Shown: one piece after another, positions 46,391 through 56,449 of the stretch
Position numbering within the stretch: the stretch's first letter is position 1
How the letters are laid out: the number at the start of each line of letters is the position of its first letter
NCBI GenBank assembly: GCA_051251855.1
Contig: JBPOGI010000007.1
Location: forward strand, 1 to 64,000
Reading direction: 5' to 3'
Length of the DNA: 64,000 bases
Source: Roseibacillus sp.
GTDB lineage: Bacteria; Verrucomicrobiota; Verrucomicrobiia; Verrucomicrobiales; Akkermansiaceae
The notes under the pieces: model-generated
Databases searched by the model: none
What the model saw: the letters and a program-made list of their open reading frames with translations, nothing else
Told to the model about the DNA's origin: nothing
Made by a program: the position numbers and the translations under genes

Positions 46391-47206
46391 TCACTTCTGA
46401 AGAACCACCTTCTCGCCAGCAGTCTCACTAATCTCCTTACAGAGCTCTCTCACCTGCTCCTCAAAACTCTCCCAATCCGCGGTCATCTTCCAATCACTGG
46501 CTGACCTCTCGCCTCCTTTCCCTTCCAATCGATAGAAGGCCAACTCGCGATCCGCTTTTAGGGGACCGCCCGTCTTCATCAGGCCACGGCTCCCTTGTCC
46601 AAGGCCCGACACATGGAAATGAATCTCATCTTCATCCTGCGAGAGATTGGAAGTCACCCCTGGCAGTCCCTCTTCATCTTTCAGGAAAGCGACCCTCACT
46701 TGCCGCTCGAACACCCGCCCTCGCAACCATTCAGCTACACTCAGGAGAGCCGCCACCGAGGCGGAGTTCTGTTCATCACTATACTCGCACCACACCAGCA
46801 CAGCGCCATCATCCCCCTTCTCAGTGCTATCCACCCAGTAGCTTTTCCAAATACGGCCTCCCGTAGTCATTCCTTCATCACTCTGCACCTTGTAACCCAG
46901 ATTAATCGAAGACAAAGAACCCGTGATAAACGAGATCATCTGCTGCATCGTTATCTGTCCCTCGGGAGTCTCAAAATCTCTCTTACCAATTGAATTCTCT
47001 GCCTTGTTAGCTGCATCACGTAGATTAGAAGCCGAAAACTCAGTCGCCGAATAGGTCACCCCCTCCATTCCGGTCTTAGCACCCTGACTTATTTTTAAAC
47101 CCACCGCAATTGCTGCCGACAAAGCTAAGCCAACAGGCAAAGCCACAATCGCGGCCTTCCAGATCCACGGGCTTTTAGCATCATTCTGTTCTTCATTATT
47201 GCTCAT
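46391..47206 (-). CDS. Membrane-anchored hypothetical protein with degenerate M28 peptidase-like segment
   Basis: TM helix; DEQNSASVAALLSVAEWL...R.VRVAF resembles the M28 DDNASG motif. Confidence 0.55.
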   Translation of the reverse strand: MSNNEEQNDAKSPWIWKAAIVALPVGLALSAAIAVGLKISQGAKTGMEGVTYSATEFSASNLRDAANKAENSIGKRDFETPEGQITMQQMISFITGSLSSINLGYKVQSDEGMTTGGRIWKSYWVDSTEKGDDGAVLVWCEYSDEQNSASVAALLSVAEWLRGRVFERQVRVAFLKDEEGLPGVTSNLSQDEDEIHFHVSGLGQGSRGLMKTGGPLKADRELAFYRLEGKGGERSASDWKMTADWESFEEQVRELCKEISETAGEKVVLQK

Positions 47207-47207
47207 A

Positions 47208-48317
47208 TTACGACTCTTCTAGTAATTCTTCGACCGCTTGGGCCACTCGTTCATGCACTCCGCCCTCGCCCAACTCGGCCGCAATCGCAAGTAGTTCTTG
47301 CTTGAGGTTTTCACGCTCCTCCTTGTGTTCCAATTGCCCTTCCACCCAGTCGGCAAGCCGCGCAGGTTCCACGTCGTTCTGCAAAAACTCTGGCACCACC
47401 TCGCGGCCAGCCAAAATATTCACAATCCCCGCATACTCCACCTTCACCACCATCTTCGCCACCCGCCAAGTCAAAGGAGCCATCTTGTAAACGAGACAAT
47501 ACGGCAAACCGAACCACGCCGCTTCCAGCGTTGCGGTCCCACTCGCCATCACGGCGCAAGTCGCCCGCTGCATCAAATTCTGACTGGAGCCCACCTTAAT
47601 CACAATCTCATCCTCAGCCGACAACATCGCCCGCATCGAATCGGCCAATTTTTCCGAGATAGCAGGCACCTCAAACGTCAACTCTGGTCGCTCCCTTTTT
47701 AAGATTCGACTTGTCTCGAGCAAAGGTGGGAAGAGGCGGTCCACTTCCCTGCCACGGCTTCCCGGAAATAGCCCCACCAAGTTTTCCTCCCGAGAGACCT
47801 CTTCTTTTTTCTCCCGAAGCTCATCCACAATCGGATGCCCCAGATACAACCCCGGACAGCCCCCTTTGGCCAATACATCTACCTCGAATGGAAAAAGACA
47901 CACCACTTGGTCCAGCCATTTTGCCATTTTAGGGATTCGGCTCTGCTTCCAAGCCCAAACCTGCGGGCAGACATACTGCAAAATCTTCACCTCTGGAAAT
48001 TGCGCCCGCACCGCCTTCGCTAGACGGAGATTGAAGCCTGGGTAATCAATCAAAACCAAGACATCCGGTTTCAACTCAGCAATCTCAGCCATCGTCTCGT
48101 GAAACCGCTCCTTGAACCAAGAATACTGCTTCAGAACATCCCAAATGCCCATCACCCCCGCTTTTTCCACCCAATCACGTGTCCCACCCGCCTCGGCCAT
48201 GTGAGGGCCTCCCCAGCCACCAAAGCCATGCTCACCCGTTTTTTTCAACGCCGAAATGAGCTCCGCGCCATGCAAATCACCGCTCACTTCCCCCGCAACC
48301 AGATAAATCAACGCCAT
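47208..48317 (-). CDS. lpxB: Lipid-A-disaccharide synthase
   Basis: AGEVSGD, IDYPGFN, PQVWAWK, FPFE, PGSR and SGTATLE motifs; ATG at 48317. Confidence 0.95.
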   Translation of the reverse strand: MALIYLVAGEVSGDLHGAELISALKKTGEHGFGGWGGPHMAEAGGTRDWVEKAGVMGIWDVLKQYSWFKERFHETMAEIAELKPDVLVLIDYPGFNLRLAKAVRAQFPEVKILQYVCPQVWAWKQSRIPKMAKWLDQVVCLFPFEVDVLAKGGCPGLYLGHPIVDELREKKEEVSREENLVGLFPGSRGREVDRLFPPLLETSRILKRERPELTFEVPAISEKLADSMRAMLSAEDEIVIKVGSSQNLMQRATCAVMASGTATLEAAWFGLPYCLVYKMAPLTWRVAKMVVKVEYAGIVNILAGREVVPEFLQNDVEPARLADWVEGQLEHKEERENLKQELLAIAAELGEGGVHERVAQAVEELLEES

Positions 48318-48396
48318 TCGGCGCAAGCATAACGTCGAATCTGGCAGCGACAAGAGCTTGCGTCCTGTCCTCTGACACGTTAATTCCCTCCTTCGC

Positions 48397-49371
48397 ATGT
48401 CGGAAGAATCTAAGTCCAGCACACCAGCCGCTCCAGCGCCTCTCGGCGAGATCGAGCACGGTCCCTCCAAATTCGATGAATTCATGGAGAAAAACGTGAA
48501 GAAACTCATTCTTCTCGCCCTTCTTATCGTGATCGGTGTCGCCGCCGTCGTCATCATGAGCCAGCTGGCCGACGCCAAGCAACGCGAAGCAGGGAACGCC
48601 CTTCTGGCTGCGGAAAGCCCCGACGACTATCGCAAAGTCAGTGCAGACTTCCCCGATTCGGGTGCCGCAGGCTCTGCGCAACTTCTTCTTGCCGGTCAAC
48701 TTTGGGATGAAGGAAAAGAAAGCGAAGCCATCGAGACTCTCCAAGCCCTCATCAGCAAGAGCGACAACCTTGCCGCTGCACAAGCCAAGTTCTCTCTCGC
48801 GGGCATGCTACTAAAGCAAGGCAAGACTGACGAAGCGAAGGCCAACTACGAGGCCCTTCTGTCCAACAGTGAGGCCAAATATCTCCAGCCGATGAGCTTG
48901 GTAGCCCTCGGAGACATTGCCCAAGCTGCCGGCGATGAGGAAAAGGCCAAAGAATACTACCAGCGCAAGTTGGACGAATTCACCGCCTATGGGGACCAGA
49001 ACTTGGCCGTCACCCGCCTCAACCTTGTCGGCGTTGATTCACCCGAAAAGGTTTCTCCTCCTCCCGCCCCAGAGCCTGCCGCCAACCCAAACCAAGGCAT
49101 CCCCTCTTCTTTCACCACCCCGATTCCAAACCCAAGCAATCCCGGCGCGCCTGGAATCACAATCGAGTCACCCACTCCAGCCATCGAAGTCGCCCCAGCC
49201 CCTATTGAAACACCCGCTGTTGAAGCACCTGAAGCAGAGGCAGAAATGGCTCCTGCAGCAGAGGAAGAGCAACCTGAAGAATCCGCTGAAGAATCAACCC
49301 CCGGTTCGGACGACTCCTCAGACGGGGAGACTCCTACTTTTCAAGAGGCTACTGCCGAAGAAGAAGAGTAA
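48397..49371 (+). CDS. YfgM-like membrane-anchored TPR protein
   Basis: N-terminal TM, TPR-like helices and a Pro/Glu-rich tail. Confidence 0.75.
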   Translation: MSEESKSSTPAAPAPLGEIEHGPSKFDEFMEKNVKKLILLALLIVIGVAAVVIMSQLADAKQREAGNALLAAESPDDYRKVSADFPDSGAAGSAQLLLAGQLWDEGKESEAIETLQALISKSDNLAAAQAKFSLAGMLLKQGKTDEAKANYEALLSNSEAKYLQPMSLVALGDIAQAAGDEEKAKEYYQRKLDEFTAYGDQNLAVTRLNLVGVDSPEKVSPPPAPEPAANPNQGIPSSFTTPIPNPSNPGAPGITIESPTPAIEVAPAPIETPAVEAPEAEAEMAPAAEEEQPEESAEESTPGSDDSSDGETPTFQEATAEEEE

Positions 49372-49495
49372 AAATAGTTGCTCTTTTTCACTCGTCGGCG
49401 ACGTTCTTGAACTACGCCCTATCTTCCCGAAAATTACCGTGCTCTCGACGAGTAATTCGTTGACAGCTCACCTCTAAATTAATTCACTTACGCAA

Positions 49496-50047
49496 ATGTT
49501 TCAAAAGATCATTAATAACGACGAAGCGGCCGCAGGCAAAGCTCCACACGTCGCCAATTCCCCCCAAGCTTCTCAACCCGCAGCAGCTCCTTCTCAGCCA
49601 TCAGCAACTCCTCAACCACAGGCCGCTGGCGGACACCGCAACCGACTTTCTTCTGATGTTGAAATCAAAGGAACCATCCGTTTCCAAGACGAATTGATCG
49701 TCGATGGTAAGGTCGAAGGCGAAATTACCTCTACAGGCGCCCTTGCCATCCAAGAGAACGCACGCATCCGCGCCGAGATCAAGGTAGGATCCGTGGTCAT
49801 TCAAGGCAAGGTCCATGGCAACATCACTGCCTCGCAAACTATTGAGCTTCGCGCAGGTTCCGAGGTCGTTGGCGACATCAAAGCTGCCGTTCTCACCATG
49901 GAAGCTGGCGCGGTCTTCGTCGGTCGTTCCGAGGTTGGAGCTCCTAGCAGCCAGCCTGCTTCAAAGCCTGCTCAAAACAAATCTCAGCAAGGTGGCTCGA
50001 AGCCCCAGCAAAGTGGTCAGAAGAAGGAAGTTGCTAAAGCCTCCTAA
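49496..50047 (+). CDS. Bactofilin (polymer-forming cytoskeletal protein)
   Basis: VEIKGTI.F...LIVDGKVEGEI...V.G.I.A...IEL...V.GDI...L.ME.GA.F.G. Confidence 0.92.
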   Translation: MFQKIINNDEAAAGKAPHVANSPQASQPAAAPSQPSATPQPQAAGGHRNRLSSDVEIKGTIRFQDELIVDGKVEGEITSTGALAIQENARIRAEIKVGSVVIQGKVHGNITASQTIELRAGSEVVGDIKAAVLTMEAGAVFVGRSEVGAPSSQPASKPAQNKSQQGGSKPQQSGQKKEVAKAS

Positions 50048-50100
50048 TCAGACCTCCGCGAGGCAATCCAGCCCGCTCAACATCCCATCTCTTCACCTCT

Positions 50101-51276
50101 CTGTTCGGTAAACGTCGAGCTCCTGAATTCGTTGATCTCAGCTGTCCCCTTTGTGGGCATACACAGCGGGAGTCTTCACTTGCAATGTCGACAAACTGTC
50201 GCAGCTGCCAGACCTATTACAAAATTGAAGACGGGGTCGCTGTTCCTCCCGTCAAATTCGACGACAATCCACGTTATCAGGCTAGCGCGGACGAGCCAGA
50301 AGCAGACTCGGAGCCAGAGTCCACCGTCACACCGGTCCAGCCAGTCAAAGCGCCCGAGCAAAAGAAAAGCATCGAGCCCCTCCCCTCAGCCCCCGCTCAA
50401 GAGACCCGCCCCACTTCTAAGGTATCGTCGCCAACACCACCTGTCCCTGCGGAAATCCCGCTTGAGGACACTCCTCCAGCAGCTTCGGTTCCCAGCACTC
50501 AGCCACGAAACCCTCTCCCTAAAAAGGCGATGAAGCCCAAAGCTCCTCCACCGCCGCCCAAACCCGAGGCCGCCCCAACCGCCCCAGCCGAAGAAGTCTT
50601 AGTCAACACCCCATCCAAAAAAGCTCCGGAGGCAACTATACCCAAACCTTCTGAGCCAGATGTGACCCAAGCATCTCCCGAGCGCTATCGTCCTCCCTCT
50701 TCAGCAACATCCGAAACGAGTAAGCCCAAAATTGCGCCTCTTATCAATCGTGAGAAGAAGCGCGACGTCAAATGCTTCGAGTGTAACGAATCTCATGAAA
50801 TCCTCGCCGACTCAACTTCCGCCATGTGCCCTCATTGCGGAGCCTACATTGGCCTCAAAGACTACGACATCCGCGAGCAAGAGAACTCCCGTATCCAGAC
50901 CCGCGGTAACGTTTTCATTCACAAAAAGGGCTACGTAACGGGCATCACTATCCATGCTCACAATCTCATTATTGAAGGCGAAATCCAAGGTGGTGCCGAA
51001 TGCACTGGCGACTTCGTTGTTCGTAAAAACGGTAAGATCAACGGAGCCGTCACCAGTGACCGAGTCATCATTGAGCGCCGAGCCGAAGTCGACTTCCTCA
51101 GCACCGTAGAAGCTCGCGAAGTCATTATCGATGGCCACGTCACCGGATCCGTTGCCTGTAAAAAGCTGGTTCTTAAAAAGCGCGCCACTCTTGATGGCGA
51201 CCTCACCGTCGCCTCCCTCTCTGTAGAAGAAGGAGCCAAACACACTGGTAAAATTCAAATGACAGGACTCTTATAG
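50101..51276 (+). CDS. Zinc-ribbon-containing bactofilin (probable CTG start at 50101; first ATG at 50185)
   Basis: CPLC...CRSC and CFEC...CPHC ribbons, Pro-rich linker and C-terminal bactofilin repeats. Confidence 0.8.
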   Translation: MFGKRRAPEFVDLSCPLCGHTQRESSLAMSTNCRSCQTYYKIEDGVAVPPVKFDDNPRYQASADEPEADSEPESTVTPVQPVKAPEQKKSIEPLPSAPAQETRPTSKVSSPTPPVPAEIPLEDTPPAASVPSTQPRNPLPKKAMKPKAPPPPPKPEAAPTAPAEEVLVNTPSKKAPEATIPKPSEPDVTQASPERYRPPSSATSETSKPKIAPLINREKKRDVKCFECNESHEILADSTSAMCPHCGAYIGLKDYDIREQENSRIQTRGNVFIHKKGYVTGITIHAHNLIIEGEIQGGAECTGDFVVRKNGKINGAVTSDRVIIERRAEVDFLSTVEAREVIIDGHVTGSVACKKLVLKKRATLDGDLTVASLSVEEGAKHTGKIQMTGLL

Positions 51277-51295
51277 ATCTCCTGATTCCTTCGCT

Positions 51296-52234
51296 ATGTC
51301 TAGCCATCTCACTCTCGGAACACGCGGCAGCGCCCTCGCCCTTTGCCAGGCCGAAATGACCGAAGCCGCCCTTGCCTCCTTTTGCCAGCTCACCCGCCAA
51401 GTCATCGTCACCACCGGTGACAAGCGCACCGACGTCCCTCTCGCCGCTGTGGCTGCGGCCTCCGGAGTCGTCGACAAAGGCGTCTTCATCAAAGAACTAG
51501 AAGTCGCCCTATTGGATGGCGAAATCGATTTCGCCGTCCACTCGCTCAAGGATGTTCCCACCATCCTCGAACCCGAGTTCGAGGTCTGCGCCGTCCTTCC
51601 CCGCGCCCCCACCGGTGATGTCCTCATCACAAGCGGCCCTTCTCTCGGCGAACTACCCGCAGGAGCCACTATCGGAACCTCATCCGTCCGTCGTAAGCTG
51701 CAACTCCTCCACCTTCGCCCTGACCTCAATGTCGTCGACATCCGAGGCAACGTTCCCACCCGTTTACAAAAGGTTGTCGACCAACCCGAACTCGACGGCA
51801 CTATCCTTGCCGAAGCTGGTCTCGTCCGCCTCGGCTACGAAACGAATGGCGCTCTCACCACCGAAGCTGGAGACCCCCTCGCGGCCCACCTTCTCGACGC
51901 TACCGAATTCCTTCCCGCCGCCGGCCAAGGTGCGGTCGCAATGGAAATTCTCAAAAGCAACGATGCCGCCCGAGAAATCCTCCAAAACATCAATCACGAG
52001 GAAACCATGGCGCGCATCACAGCCGAGCGCCACTTCCTCGCCCTCCTCCAAGCCGGCTGCGACACCCCCGTCGGGGTACAATCTTCAGTCACTGGTGACT
52101 CTCTCCAAATGGAAGCTCGAGTTTTCGAAGAGGACGGCAGCCTCCGAGCTAGCAAAGCCATCGGCTCCCTCGGCACTCCAGAGATATTGGCAGATAACCT
52201 CTTCCGATCTCTGGCAAATATCTCTCCCCAATAA
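51296..52234 (+). CDS. hemC: Hydroxymethylbilane synthase
   Basis: GTRGS.LA, KGVFIKELE, AVHSLKD, GTSS.RR, RGNV.TR and GC..P motifs. Confidence 0.96.
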   Translation: MSSHLTLGTRGSALALCQAEMTEAALASFCQLTRQVIVTTGDKRTDVPLAAVAAASGVVDKGVFIKELEVALLDGEIDFAVHSLKDVPTILEPEFEVCAVLPRAPTGDVLITSGPSLGELPAGATIGTSSVRRKLQLLHLRPDLNVVDIRGNVPTRLQKVVDQPELDGTILAEAGLVRLGYETNGALTTEAGDPLAAHLLDATEFLPAAGQGAVAMEILKSNDAAREILQNINHEETMARITAERHFLALLQAGCDTPVGVQSSVTGDSLQMEARVFEEDGSLRASKAIGSLGTPEILADNLFRSLANISPQ

Positions 52235-52459
52235 CTGGCACGCTAACCACCACAGGGAAACGCTCAAACTACTAAATTCAAGCACTTTACGCTCGTCTCA
52301 CTCACGAAGTGACGCCCATGACAGCAAGAGAAACTTGATGATAAATGTAGAACCCCGCCGGAAACCGCTTTATGTTAGATAACTGGCGAAGTTTCCTTAT
52401 GAAGATTCGTTCTCAAAAGACTGTTAAGATATTCGATTCCAAAACGTTAGTAATTGATA

Positions 52460-55400
52460 ATGAATAAAGCCTTTCTCCCCCATCCCAAACGGCTTGCTTC
52501 CTCTCTGGGCTGCTTCCTTCTATGCCTGTGTTCCGCCTCCGGCGACACTACCATCAATGTTTGGGGCCTGGACCGAGATTCTTTTGGCTCAAACGTGGGC
52601 TCTCAAGGAGCCATTACAACGACAACAGCCGGAAATCGACAAACAGTGACCTACAACGTCACAAATCTGGACCTTGCCGAGGATGGATCGGCCAACGACA
52701 CCCTCACGTTCTCGATCGAAGTAGCGGCTGATGGAGGTACCGTTTCAGGCTATTCGAATGCCGATGGCGACCCTTGGGGCGTCAGCAGCGCTGCTGGCGA
52801 TGCCATCCGCTTAGGGGAAGGTCTTAACTTCAGCCTCCTTTCTTCCGACATCACCTTTGGAACTCAAGGATCAGAAGCAGGACTCGCATTCGTCGGCTTT
52901 ACTGGGGTGAATTCTTGGTTCTCAAATGGCGATGTAGGAAGAATCGCTGGAGCCACTTCCACCGTATCAGGAGACGATTTTGGGACTTCTATCGTGTCAG
53001 GAGGGTCAAACGTCGGAACGGACTTTCAGGAACCAGTCGACCAATTTTTCATTCGTTCCGAAGGACCCGCAGCCAACGGCTTTCATCTCGGAAAACTGAG
53101 ATTAACGTTCAAAGCTTCCCCCTTGAGCACCTTGTCAGGGGTATTGGACCAAATGGAGGCTCACTTGAATGGTTCAAGCACTCTCAATGCTGGGCAGATT
53201 CAGACTCTCAGCACGAATCTGCGAAACAACATCGATATGCTCGGTGCCAGCGAGGACATTTTAGAGCAAGCCATCGCGGTGGTGGAACTCTATGAGGACG
53301 TGCGTGGGAGTATCTTTAGCGGCGGTCAATTCAACCGCGATCAATTCAACAACGTCAATAATGCCCTCAGACAGACTTCATTGGACTTGCAGCAGGGGTT
53401 GATTCTCCATGGTTGGACCCCTCAGAACGTGCAACGCTTTCGAAGCTCTCTGGAGGACAAGCCTTTCTTATCTGCCAACTTCTTCCCGGGAGCAGTAGCC
53501 CCACCAGCGAATCCAAGCGCAGTCTATCAAGTCCAAATCAACGCCGATGTGCCTCGACAATTTGGGTTTCCTCACTTGTTCAAATGGGATGCCACCCGTC
53601 GCCCCACCGGAGCTTATCTCGCCCCAGGGAGCATCGCGGTGGTGACTGTCCCCCCTGAATTGGTCGATAAGGGCTATCAAATTCGAGTCAATGCACACGT
53701 GCACGAACTTGAGCGTTTGTCTTGGTATCGACGAATGGACTACATTTCAAAGGTCTACCCCATTACTTCCGAAACGGTCGAAATTGCCAGTCCCGTCGGA
53801 GGAGGAATTTACATCGATGTCCCCTATGGCTCGGAACATGGCCTTCAGACCATTCAATTCCAGAACATTGTCCGGGCCCCCTTCTATTCGAATACCGTGG
53901 CACGCCAAACGTCCCTTCAAGATTGGTTGGATACCGAGCGGCATCACCCCGCTCCTTGGGCCGACTTTGAGTCCGACGTCTACATGATGACTCTCCCCCG
54001 AGATTGGGTCTACGCTTGGGGGGTGAATAGCGGCGACGACAATCCCGCTTTCTCGATGGACCAGTGGGACGACACCATGGACGTGATCAATCACCTCTAC
54101 GGTTATAAAGAAAAACGTTCCAAGACCACGCTCTATCTCATTGTTGATGTCGCCATCCGAGCGAATGTGTTTTCGCCGGGCTACCCTCAGTCCAACAGCT
54201 CCTTCAATCCAGCGAGTGCCTCCCAAAACGGACGTTCAAGTAACGAAATCCTTAATGGACCCAAATTCTTAGGCTCCGAACAATTGCACGAGCTAGGGCA
54301 TGCCGAGTACTTCACCAAGTTTAATGGAGAAGTCGAAGCGGCAGTCAACATTCCCTACGTGATGGCTCATTACTTTGCCCTGAATGTCTCGATTGACCAA
54401 TCACTGGGACGGTCGGTAGGAGATGCTTCACGAAACGGATGGAGCCGAGACCAGTCGGCCATCCATTGGATGGTCACCGAAGATTTTCGAGAAGGAGTTT
54501 GGAACATGACCAGCCAACAGATGCAGTATCAGCAGCGCGGCTATGCGGACTACGCTGATCTTGCCTACATGTATGGTTTGAACTCGCTACACCGGTTTTG
54601 GTACGGCGACCACGTCGACTACGAAAATGGAATTTCTTATCTACGCAACAGTGACGAGTCCTACAGCCGCATCCAGCGAATGTCGAAAGCTGCTGGCATT
54701 GATCTGAATCCTCTCATGCACTTCTGGGGGAATGCTGCTGGGAGCCACAACAACATGCAGTCTTGGATGGATACGAATAACATCCCCGACTCCCGCCTCA
54801 TTTATGATCGGTTAAAGCACTACCAATCTGTTATTCCCAGCAATCTCACTCAGTTCCGGACTCACAGTAATATCTTCTATTCGCACCTCAATGCGACCGA
54901 CAAAGCCTACTACGACACCATGCGGGCCAATGGCGGATGGGGTCAGGAAGAGCACGATGAGGTCGATGCGCGAGTGCAGTGGATCATCGACCGCTTTTTC
55001 CCGAATGGGCGTCCCAAAATCACAAGCTATCCCCACGTCGCGAACTTCGACGACAATTACAACGAGTGGGGGCACCAAGAAAATGACGATTGGGATTGGC
55101 GCCTACACACCGGCCCCTCCGAGTCTACAACTGCGGGCTCCCTCGGTGCTCCCGATAACTCGCAGTATCTCCTGTTAGAAGGACACGATACCAGTAGCGG
55201 AGAGAAAAAATCGCACATGGATTGTGTCTACGACATGCGTGGCTTGTCAGGTGCGAAACTGACCTTCGACTACCACATGTGTGGTCCGTATGTCGACTCG
55301 CTCTCGGTGGACGTTCATGATGGCACGCAATGGCATGCCGATGTCTGGATCAAAGAAGGTCCCCAACAGCCGACTCCCAGCGATCCGTGGGAATCAGCAA

Positions 55401-56434
55401 CTGTTTCTTTGAGTGCTTTTGTCGGTAACGAACAAGTCGTAGTGCGGTTTCGGGGACAGAAAGCGTTTTGGAACGCCGGCGACATCTCTCTCGATAACGT
55501 TGTCGTTGATGAGGCCGTGAACTATCTCACTCTCCCCTACTCCGAGAGTTTTGAATCTGGTCTCGGCTCTTGGAAACAGGCTACAGGCGAAAACGTGAAT
55601 GGCGAGATGGATTGGACCCGTCACAGTGGCCCCACCGACACAGGGGCAACGGGCCCTTCGCAGGCCTCCGACGGCAGCTGGTTCATTTACTTCGAGGGTC
55701 ATGACAACGGCATTCAGTTTAAAACTGCCTCCATCGACAACTTTTTTGATTTCACCGGAAACTCAAATCCCCAGCTGAAGTTCGACTATCACATGTTCGG
55801 CCCCTACATCGATTTCCTAGCCGTTGATATTCATGATGGAACTGCTTGGACCGATGAAGTCTGGAAGAAAACAGGAGCCCAGCATGGAGCGAGTGAGGAC
55901 GCATGGAGCACGGCTACGGTTGATCTTTCGACTCAGGCAAACCTTCCCAATGTCACTATCCGCTTCCGCGCCAAACAGCAGCGATGGCACGCCGCAGATA
56001 TGGCGGTGGATAACATCTTCGTCGAGAATGTGGATCTCGCTACTCCCTACAGTCTGTGGGCCGCGGTAGCTCTTGCAGGAGCGACTCCAGGCACTGATAT
56101 CACCGAAAGCGGCAATGCCGATGGCGACCGCTATACCAACGTAGAAGAATGGATCTTACTCCTCGATCCCCTCGTTGCCGATCATCCTGTTTTAACAACA
56201 ATGACTACAGCGGGAGGCTTTTCAGTCACCTATGATCGACGCAATGTCGAAAACCCTCAGGTTCGCGCCGCTTGGTCGCGTGACTTACAACCAGGGAGTT
56301 GGAAGTATCATGGAGACGGATTAACAGAGACTCTTCTCCAGACGAACGGAGACGTCGAAACGGTCTCAGCTATTGTCCCCTTCGACGAAGAGAAAAAGTT
56401 CATCCGGCTCGAAGTCTGGACTTCGGCAAACTAA
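52460..56434 (+). CDS. Secreted M60-like metallopeptidase with unrecognised N-terminal domain and two MAM domains
   Basis: PTGAYLAPG, GG.IY, APWA.FE and HELGH...GEVE motifs; two MAM-like units (W..H.GP...GP..., L.FDYHM.G); start at 52454 or 52460. Confidence 0.85.
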   Translation: MNKAFLPHPKRLASSLGCFLLCLCSASGDTTINVWGLDRDSFGSNVGSQGAITTTTAGNRQTVTYNVTNLDLAEDGSANDTLTFSIEVAADGGTVSGYSNADGDPWGVSSAAGDAIRLGEGLNFSLLSSDITFGTQGSEAGLAFVGFTGVNSWFSNGDVGRIAGATSTVSGDDFGTSIVSGGSNVGTDFQEPVDQFFIRSEGPAANGFHLGKLRLTFKASPLSTLSGVLDQMEAHLNGSSTLNAGQIQTLSTNLRNNIDMLGASEDILEQAIAVVELYEDVRGSIFSGGQFNRDQFNNVNNALRQTSLDLQQGLILHGWTPQNVQRFRSSLEDKPFLSANFFPGAVAPPANPSAVYQVQINADVPRQFGFPHLFKWDATRRPTGAYLAPGSIAVVTVPPELVDKGYQIRVNAHVHELERLSWYRRMDYISKVYPITSETVEIASPVGGGIYIDVPYGSEHGLQTIQFQNIVRAPFYSNTVARQTSLQDWLDTERHHPAPWADFESDVYMMTLPRDWVYAWGVNSGDDNPAFSMDQWDDTMDVINHLYGYKEKRSKTTLYLIVDVAIRANVFSPGYPQSNSSFNPASASQNGRSSNEILNGPKFLGSEQLHELGHAEYFTKFNGEVEAAVNIPYVMAHYFALNVSIDQSLGRSVGDASRNGWSRDQSAIHWMVTEDFREGVWNMTSQQMQYQQRGYADYADLAYMYGLNSLHRFWYGDHVDYENGISYLRNSDESYSRIQRMSKAAGIDLNPLMHFWGNAAGSHNNMQSWMDTNNIPDSRLIYDRLKHYQSVIPSNLTQFRTHSNIFYSHLNATDKAYYDTMRANGGWGQEEHDEVDARVQWIIDRFFPNGRPKITSYPHVANFDDNYNEWGHQENDDWDWRLHTGPSESTTAGSLGAPDNSQYLLLEGHDTSSGEKKSHMDCVYDMRGLSGAKLTFDYHMCGPYVDSLSVDVHDGTQWHADVWIKEGPQQPTPSDPWESATVSLSAFVGNEQVVVRFRGQKAFWNAGDISLDNVVVDEAVNYLTLPYSESFESGLGSWKQATGENVNGEMDWTRHSGPTDTGATGPSQASDGSWFIYFEGHDNGIQFKTASIDNFFDFTGNSNPQLKFDYHMFGPYIDFLAVDIHDGTAWTDEVWKKTGAQHGASEDAWSTATVDLSTQANLPNVTIRFRAKQQRWHAADMAVDNIFVENVDLATPYSLWAAVALAGATPGTDITESGNADGDRYTNVEEWILLLDPLVADHPVLTTMTTAGGFSVTYDRRNVENPQVRAAWSRDLQPGSWKYHGDGLTETLLQTNGDVETVSAIVPFDEEKKFIRLEVWTSAN

Positions 56435-56449
56435 AGAAAGTAGCTGAGA

